DNA of 64,000 bases from Amoebidium appalachense (taxonomy: Eukaryota > Protista > Ichthyosporea), in the NCBI GenBank assembly GCA_963693365.1, contig CAVNZM010000001.1:2310907-2374906 (forward strand), given 5' to 3'. This document shows positions 55,554 to 64,000 of this stretch, one piece after another. Under the pieces are notes generated by a model. The model was not told where the DNA came from, did no database searches, and saw only the letters and a list, made by a program, of their open reading frames with translations. The stretch's first letter is position 1. Every line of letters starts with the position of its first letter. The translations under genes were made by a program, and so were the position numbers.

Positions 55554-57003
55554 TGGGGGGGGGGGGGGGAGGGGGAGGGGAGAAGGTGGGGGGGGGGGAG
55601 GGGGGGGGGAGGGGGGAGGCAGGGGCCCCCCGGGGGGGGGGGGGGGGGGGGGGGGAGGGGAAAATGATTGGGTGGGGGTGCGGAGCTCAAACGGTTAATA
55701 CAGGCACATATGCTCTGAAAATCTTTTTGTTCTATTTCTCTGGGACTCCGTTTTCGTTTCGAATCCGATTTCCGAGACATGCACATGTGTTAATAAGCAG
55801 GTTTTACTTAATGATTGTGAAGAAGGAACCCTGCAACCTGCAAAGGGAAGGGGCAGCAGAAAGGGGTGGGTGTGCAGAAAGGGGTGGGTGTGCAGGGGGG
55901 AAGTGTGGGGGGGTGGCATGAGGTACCTGAAGGCCGATGCGCCAGGCTGCCGTAGCCGTCAATGAGAGGAGGTCAAACTGAGGGCCGTTGTCGGCGCCGA
56001 TAGTCATGTCCTGCAGGCAGGTAGAAATATCAGAATACTATCAATGTATTCCTCTGGGGGCCTAGCGAGGTTAATGCAACTTTTTTATGACCGAATAATA
56101 AAGGCGAAAACCCGTAATGAAGAATACCTGATTGGGCATCAGTCAAGCAATAGGGGCCCCTCGGTGAAGAATTTTGCCTAGGCTGCATGCTTTACTCACC
56201 GCTCCATTCCATCCAAAGATAGTGTTTTGCAGCGACACTGCGCCGCCGTTGAACCCCGACCCAGGGTACTGGCAGGCGCCACCCCTGCGCACCTCTGGCG
56301 ACCATGTGAGGTTCTTGTAGTCTGGGGGGATACTCTCAATACCGCACTCAGTCTGCAGGTCGTCAAAGCCGATGTTTTCTCTTGTCCCCTTGCTCGGGTT
56401 GCTGCAAACAAACTGGGGCTTCCGTCCACGACACAGACACGAGAAGGACCCCGTATGTGCGTTAATGGCACCCTTTCCTCGCTCTGCCCCCGTAGTGAGT
56501 GCTATGTTCCCCTTGGCATAGTCGTTTCCATCCCAACTGGACACCCATGCGATGGAGTTTGGACCCATGCAATCAAACTGCGACCCGGCGGCATCGTTGA
56601 AAGTTGTGCTTGTGACGGGGGCAAGCTCCATTCCATAGCTTACGCAAACACTCGACGCCAGGTTGCGTCCGTTGATGGAGGGGGCACTGATGAGAACAAA
56701 CTCACTCATACCCCCATCACCCACACATACGGTGAAGGTCGGGCCACCGTTTGTTGACGCAATGGTGACGGCTTGGCGACGCCCGCGGCTGTGGCTTCCG
56801 ACAACATGGTTGCCCACACCAACATCTCCGCTGGTACCAAATGCTGCACCGATCGCAGCGGGTTCTTCGATGTTCTCGGCATGCATGGGTGCGGGGACTA
56901 TTCCGTTTGCCACGGCATCGTGCATACTGGTTACGGCCGAGCTTGAGACGTGCTTTGCTGCACAAGCAACAATGAGGAGAAGGTTCGGCGTAAAATGCTT
57001 CAT
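55145..57003 (-). CDS. Secreted protein (about 371 aa): signal peptide, C-type-lectin-like module and a C-terminal beta-rich domain resembling bacterial PEP-CTERM-associated domains
   Basis: Phase-0 exons 57003-56200, 56010-55927 and 55372-55145. Hydrophobic N-terminus MKHFTPNLLLIVACAA and an RGRR processing-like site. Module 1: A-x-x-VC...MELA...AWVSSWDGNDY...CLC. Module 2: IGFDDL...IPPDYKNLTWS...FDLLSLTATAAWRIGL...VDKVVI...VALDNM. Confidence 0.8.
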
Positions 57004-60000
57004 TTTTGGTGTAGGCTTGAAGACAATACCAGAGTTACAGAGTCTAGATGAAATATTCTGCCTAGTGAAACTCTTAACAGTTTCTTATGACGCGCATAGG
57101 TGTATAAAGCGGTACGGATGTTGTTAAAGCTCAGTAACTTCACGAGGAAACCAACGTTCGGCCTCAGTTTACACTCAGGTGTCTATCACTCTCAAAGTTA
57201 CAAAGTCAAAGTGTGCCCAGTAAGTTGTCCAGCACTAGTGCTTCAATACGTTGCGACCTGCAGTTTGCAACAACACTGTGTGCACGTTGCACGCGTATTT
57301 ATACTATGGCTTTGGCTGCTTGCGTCAGACCCTTGAAGTGCTTGCGCAGTGCGAACTCGTTGCCTGTACTGATCCCGCACACTGGCTATGGCAGCCTACA
57401 GGTGCTCACAGCTGGTTGGCAACTTGGGTTTGTTGTGGTTGCCATATATGGTCTTGTCATCTTGAGGCCGCAGCTCAGTGGATGTGAGAACGAGTGGGGT
57501 AAATTCCTCGCCCAATCCATCCAGATGACCGACACGACTGGTAGCTGCGCTTCAAAAAGAATATGAAACGTTTGCTGGGATAAATGGCCTTCGATATTGA
57601 TATTAAAATTTCCTATATATTTCTCACAGAGATAATGCAATTTTTTGGCTTTATTGGAGCATTCTGTGACATCGCCCTGTTGGACAGACAAGTTGTGGAG
57701 TGGCTCGACTCACGTCGCTCGACTTATCCTCTTGACCAATCATCTTTTTGTTAATGGAAATGAATGGTATCCGTAACATTCCTAAGCCGACCATCAGTCA
57801 AGTCTCAACGTACTTGAACGCCGCCGCTGTGCAATACATAGGCTACCCAGACCAGTACATGTACAGTAGGTGATGCTTTTCAGCTGGCTCATGATCAGCT
57901 GAGTGACTGATCATGAGTTGGAAGAAGCAACCCCCCCCCCCCCCCCCCCCCCCCCCTCCTCCCAACCCGAGATCTTTTTTTGCGATGCAGTCCCATATCT
58001 GCCCACTCCCCCTCTTCTCCTTGCTCTACAGGGTGGAATTCTGCTTATTATGCCAACCTGCATCGGAGGATCCGGCGGAGCGTGGTGCTACTGGAGAAAG
58101 TTACTTCACGGAGCTAGCTTGAAGGTCCGATGATCCGATGGTTACACTCGTATGTACCCGTCCCTCACAAGGATGGCCCCCACACCGCACACACGCACAC
58201 GCACACACACGCGAACATGTACATATGTACACACGCGCGCGCACGCGCACACACGCAAACACACGCACGCACACACACACATACACACACACACATGTAC
58301 ACAGTGCCACGCGCGCGCACAAACACACATGAACACGCACACATACGCACACACAAAGCGCACGTGCGAGTCCCACACGCACACAAACAAGCTTCACATA
58401 TCCACTACGCTCACACGTACACTCACACACAAAAACACACGCGCGCGCAAACGCGTACGCACGCACACATGCACAAACGTACAAACAGCTCTATAGACAC
58501 GATAGAAGCCCGTAGTCCGTCGTACGGACCTGAGAGTACAGTACACACACACACAATAATATTGCACATAGGTATAGCTATATATATAGGCTAACTAGCT
58601 ATAGTAGCTAGCCTCGAGCTAATATTAGCAATGCATGAGCAGGTGACCCTTTCTACGCAATTGCAGATAAAATCTGCCAGGTGTGTACAGTATGCCCGCA
58701 GGTTGGCCATCACGTGGCTTCCCTACGGCAGACGAGGAGCCAACCGCAGGGCTATCGCAGTTTCGCGCGCCGCAGGCTGCCGCAGGCCTAGCCCGTGTCA
58801 AGATCCGGCATCTAGATCCTCCAAGGTGGTGATTGGCGGGTTCATTCCTTCACTGAGGAGGGCAAAATATGTTTGCCCACTGTCAAACTGCGCATTCTTG
58901 TGTGTTGTGCTACGTGTTCCCTGTACTTGATGGCATTCAGTTGACACTTATAGAACACCAATACATTCATAAGTACTTGGCTTCGGTAGCTATTGGATTG
59001 CATGCTATGCGCAAAAATGTGATGCTTCTTGAGAGTTCCGCCACAAATTTAGTCACTCGGATCCTCAGATCTAGCAGACTGCTTCCGCCGCAAAGAACAG
59101 CGATTGCCGGTGCAGAGCCTGCCTCCGTGGTTGTTGGATCTTTGAGAGCACGTTCCATGCAGAATCATTGCAGATCGCTTTGAGTGCCGGCTAATTGCCT
59201 GGGCATGTCAAGCATGCCCTGCGGTGTGCCTTGCTCAGTCCCCAATAGAAGACATGGCCATCGCTACGCTCTCAGCCGTATAATGTCACTGTCTTTCACG
59301 GCACACTCAGGTTTGTGCAAACCAAGCCAACGCTGATAGAGGCGCCGGCGCTTGTATGGTCCCAGCCCTGCCCGGTCGGCAATTACTTCAATTGAGTGGC
59401 ATGTAATTTTTGACAATTTTAAACTTGCGTGAATGACTTCACACTTCGTTATAATAATGCTCGTCAAGGGTTCACCCGAAAGAACCCTGTCGCAGCCATA
59501 AAGACACATGCACACATGTACACCATGAACAGTGAGCTAACACACAAAAGCAAATGTCACTCCGTTTGTCCATTTTCCAACATTATCTACACACTGTCCG
59601 GACGCCCGCATGATTCGAGATGGTTTATTTCAACCAGCAGCAGCTGTTGATGATCCGACCTGAATCGATAAATGCTCCAACCAGAGTACTGTATGACGTC
59701 ATCATATAAAAACGCCTGGCGCAGGGTCAGTTTTGCACGTGTTACTCTCTTTTTCTCACCATTTTACCCTAACGTGACAGGGAACAAGCACATCACAAAA
59801 AAACCGTAGAAAAATTCTTGGCGGGGTAGTGGCTTAGTAAGTAATGGTAGGCATTCAACGATTTTGAGCTTCAATTTACGGAGAACTTTGTAGTGTTTGC
59901 GCACCCCATGACTACAATAATTTCTCGGAATGCTTGTTGGTATGGCTTATTTTGCACTTTACGGGTTCTGGCACCGGGAGGCCATAGGCCTGAGCCAAGA

Positions 60001-60280
60001 AAAACGTCAAACTTGTTACAAATGCGTGCCAAAGATGCATACTTTAAACGTTCACGTTGTTGCTTTTGCACCACAGGTGCATTTTTCGTTTGAGAAACAT
60101 TGACATCAGCTTTCAAATTCGTTTTTTTCGGTACACACACTTCAAATAACCCTTTTAGCATCTAGTTACCACAAACAGTTTCGAAGAAACGAATAAAAAC
60201 CAAACAAATCACCCCTAATCCGAAAACGACAAATGAGTGTTGCGCAATGTACAGAAACTGACCAGTGGGCAGAAGGTACT

Positions 60281-62315
60281 TTAACGTGTAGTGTTTCTGC
60301 GTGATCGTACCGGGCCTGTGTTTGTGTTGACTTGGGTGCGTGTGCGTGGAGGAACACCATGTGTGATGTGGTTTTCGAAGCATGCACGTGTTTGATCATT
60401 GCAGAGAAACACATTACACTTGATGCAGTAGGTATGTGTCTGGTGGCGTTCCCCTTTGTTCCTAAAGCAGAGAACGCATCTACCTTTTCTTTCTTTTCTG
60501 GCACGCTGGTGTCCGTGTAGAGCATGGGGGGCAGGAGCAGCAGGGGGAAGGGGGTATTCTAGTGCAGGCAGGTGGGGGTTGCATATGAGTGCTTCTGCTA
60601 GCTCACGCCTTGTGTCCATGCTCGTGTTTGTGGATTTGCCAAAGTATCTGTATGCAAAGTGTACGTTTGCTACTACAAACCCCAGAAGCCCCCCAAAGGT
60701 GCGGAGTTGGTGACGTTTAGTGCCCAAGGCTTCGTCCACAGAGCCGTTTAACATTCGTGTTTTGTTGAATATATCGGCCATGTTGTAGTTTTCGAAGTAT
60801 TCTTCGACTGCTTTCGGTTGGGGGACGTCATTTCCGTTTCGTGATTTTTCTCGGTTGACCCGGCTGAGTACTTGAACATGAGGTGATCACTTTCATACTG
60901 TAGTTCTTGTTTCTCCATAACACCGCAACGAGGTCTACTCCGTCCACACTGCACACTGCCTCCGACCATACACCACGTCCTTCCTCACATAGAAGGTCCA
61001 ACATGTTGAGGGGAAAGTCTCTGGTTGCGGTTTTGACATTGAAAAGTGCGTAGAATCCGATTTTGTACACTTCCCTTGTCCCGGTTACTGACCCAAACCA
61101 GCTGTCTCCGACGATCGTTCTGGGGTTACGGTGGGTGGGGTTGGCCCTTGGGGTTAGAAGACGCAAGGTGGTGCCTGTTCCAGCTCCCAACTGTCGGTAC
61201 GGTTTGCTTGCCATCCTAAGCTTCCCCTCGTTCATTTCGAAGTTAATGAGTATGTTGGTTACACAGTCGTGTAGAGTTTTTATTTCTTGACCGAGAGGGT
61301 GGGGTTTTCGTTTTATATAGATTTGGCACGGAAGGTTGCAATGATAGCTGGCAAAGATGGCCTCGTCTTCGCATAATTCATCCCCGGGCTCGATAGAGCA
61401 ACGGCACCGACTCTGCAGTGCTTCCATGAAACCGCGTGTGTCTTTCAGTGGATCATCCTCCGGATATTGAGTGATGTCGGTGACGGTAAAGCAGGCACGG
61501 ATGTTTTCGAACCGGTGTTCGGTCATGAAGCGGGCAAAGTCGTGTACGGGAAATATGTGGCTTGGGTTCTCTGCTGCCGACGTCCAGTAGTTCGATCTCG
61601 AGCCGGGTTCGAATGTTCCAGCCATGTAAATCCACATACCCAACCACCTAAGTAGCTCACCCGGGGTTAAGTCAACCCAATTTTTGTAACGTGCACGACC
61701 TACTTCGTTTGTGAGTGGAATGACTGCTGTGAAGAGATACTCCATAGGCATGAAGTGTTCAAACAAACACAGAACACTCTTGCGCTTGTTTAGTGCTAGT
61801 GGAATGGTTGGTTTTCTGCGTGGGCCTGTTCTTTTGTCAAGTACTTGCTCATCTGGAATGGTCCATTGCAAGGTGCACGTGGGGTCGGTGGGGGTAGGTA
61901 ACTCTACTTGTTCATCTACAAGTTCTATCTCATCTTCATTCTCACTGTCTGTGACAGGAATCTCTACTTGTTGGATGTCTCCATCTGGATCTTCGTCACT
62001 ATCACTCTCTAGCTCGCTACTTGTGTGTTCACTGTCTTCTTCATCTATTAAAGTTAGCTGATGGCGCAGAACTACTTCTGTGGTACCGTCAAAATCAAAC
62101 TTTACTTTCCATTCACTGCCTTCGTTTGTCTTGCATCGTTTCACTACTGTGCCAACCAGTATTTGTGTGTCCCAACTCAGGCCGAACTTCTTGTAAGACC
62201 AACGTGTGGTGTCATCTGTGAAATCTTCCCCCTGAACCCCGTCAAATATGTATGCAAAACAACAGACACGAGCTCCAGAATAAAGTGACTCTATTGGGTC
62301 TAATGTTTTGGCCAT
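60281..62315 (-). mobile_element. piggyBac-like DDD transposase interrupted by a 1-nt frameshift (about 677 aa if repaired)
   Basis: Motifs LTPGELLRWLG, FMTEHRFENI, LCEDEAI, YIKRKPHPLG, IVGDSWFGSV and P-x-x-VEEY...MADIFN, plus a C-terminal Cys/His finger RCVLC...YCIKCNVFLC...CFENH. Removing one T from the T5 run at 60845-60849 fuses the two ORFs. TIRs were not found. Confidence 0.88.
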
Positions 62316-62935
62316 GTTGGGCGCTCATCTTTCACATGAAACCCATGGCTTGTTGTGTTCGCGGACTCAGCAAGTTTCGTCCGTTTGATCATGAATCATG
62401 TTGTTGTCGAGCATGAATTCAAAAACTTGCAACAGCGTCGGCAACCAATAAAAGCTAGGGAAGGCCTTGTTAGTTACCGTACCAAAGACAAAAAAGGTGT
62501 AAACTTATGTTTTCTTACTGGCTGTACAAAAAAAAGCGGGCTCCTGGGCCCCAATAGCTCGCGGTATCCTTCCGAAACAAGCATTCCTAAAGTACTGCGG
62601 TCAGAGTACTTATGGCCGCTAAGTTCTCCGATCAGAGTACATTTCGGATGCATCATTGATGTGCGTTTCGAGTGACCTATTTCCATTTTGATAATTGCTG
62701 GTCAAGAGGACTGCCGTGTTCTTCGCGTCCACGCACATGTCGTAAAGGGTTTGCGCTGTTTACTCGAGGCAAAGAGACATGCCTTCCACCTTGGTACCGC
62801 CAGCGTGTGCATCGTACCAATACACGAGTGCACACATATCCGTGAGTCACACACACACGCGGGCGTGCGCGCGCACACACACGCACACACACACGCACAC
62901 GCACACGCACACGCACACACGCACGCACGGCATCA

Positions 62936-63067
<132 letters not shown>

Positions 63068-63099
63068 CGTACGCACACACACACGCACGCGCGCACCGT

Positions 63100-63211
<112 letters not shown>

Positions 63212-63231
63212 CATTCATTGCTTGCCGGAAA

Positions 63232-63750
63232 ATGGCAATTGCAAAGACCAAGCTATCGTCCGTCCACACTCTTCTCAAAAGCCTTCTGCCTGTTGGCAAG
63301 GAAGAGACCGTCAAGCGGCAAATGAGTGACGTTCTCAAGCTGCGTGCGGAAAACACAAACAATGTAATCGACGTGGACCTTCCCGTACCACCAAAACCAC
63401 TCAGTCCCATTCTGGTAAAAAATTCGACGTGGTCCGCAGTTGAAGGTGGCCCCGACGGCGCGTGCCCGCAGGCGTCGAGCACACGAAGCGTGAGGTTTGA
63501 AATAATAGACGATGGGGTGGCTGTGGATGAGACACATACGTACAGCAAGAAGGAATACAAAAGAGGGTCTGCATCGCTGGCTCGGCGTCTGCCCCTTGCA
63601 CCTATGGAAAGAGAGAAGATCAAGCGGGAGATTATCCAGTTTAAGTTGAAGGAAATGAGGGTACACCCTGAGGCACGTGATATGCTGGACCTGCACACGT
63701 GCAGGAAAAGACGCGATTTGGAGAAACTCAACAGCAGCTGGGGTTTGTGA
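63232..63750 (+). CDS. Phactr/Bni4-type protein phosphatase 1 regulatory protein (172 aa, single exon)
   Basis: RVxF motif RSVRF followed by ETHTYSKKEYKR...L...EREKIKREIIQFKLKEMRVHPEAR, matching the Phactr/Bni4 C-terminal PP1-binding signature. Confidence 0.78.
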   Translation: MAIAKTKLSSVHTLLKSLLPVGKEETVKRQMSDVLKLRAENTNNVIDVDLPVPPKPLSPILVKNSTWSAVEGGPDGACPQASSTRSVRFEIIDDGVAVDETHTYSKKEYKRGSASLARRLPLAPMEREKIKREIIQFKLKEMRVHPEARDMLDLHTCRKRRDLEKLNSSWGL

Positions 63751-64000
63751 TGGGCTGGTTGACGTACACGGTAACAGGTTTGCATACACCAGTACTTTGT
63801 ATGTTATGCTGGCAAATGGATGGGTGATCATGCCGTACAACTCAAAACCGTACAACCGTACAACCGTACAACTCAAAAAAAAGAGTGTGTGTGTGACGAT
63901 TCGTGGGGAGCAATCTAATTGAGAGAGACGAGGAGGCCGAACGAGGCACAAAACGACGGACTAGGCAGGCTTTATTAAATGTGAGGGAACTTAGGAAAAA

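Noticed and set aside
46985-58800. CCTGCGG/CCGCAGG motif clusters at about 46990 and 58770 as inverted ends of a large element
   Set aside because: They share only about 10 bp (CTAGGCCTGC), there is no target-site duplication, and ordinary genes lie between them.
59760-62752. piggyBac TIRs at CCCTAACG (about 59767) or CCCTTT (about 60150) paired with AAAGGG (about 62744)
   Set aside because: The matches are too short and not flanked by TTAA.

Overview
Intron-rich eukaryotic genomic DNA, probably from a unicellular opisthokont (inferred from gene content only). Introns are saturated with (CA)n, (GCAC)n and (CT)n microsatellites and 15-50 nt C/G homopolymers, so most entries in the ORF track are repeat artefacts. 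Genes I could splice by hand: a large mitochondrial-type PPR protein (-), a Greatwall/MASTL kinase (+), a Pkr1-like V-ATPase assembly factor (+), a disordered RRxS-rich protein (-), a coiled-coil protein (+), a secreted lectin-like protein with a bacterial-looking C-terminal domain (-) and a Phactr/Bni4-type PP1 regulator (+). DNA transposons include a frameshifted piggyBac-like transposase and a Harbinger/Tourist-type MITE. The most unusual signal is a set of at least 9 non-coding insertions from about 4 related subfamilies. They share a fixed 3' end (...CGCATTC) and a conserved subterminal motif, are variably 5'-truncated, and sit inside poly(C) tracts. This points to a candidate poly(C)/poly(G)-targeting non-LTR retroelement system.
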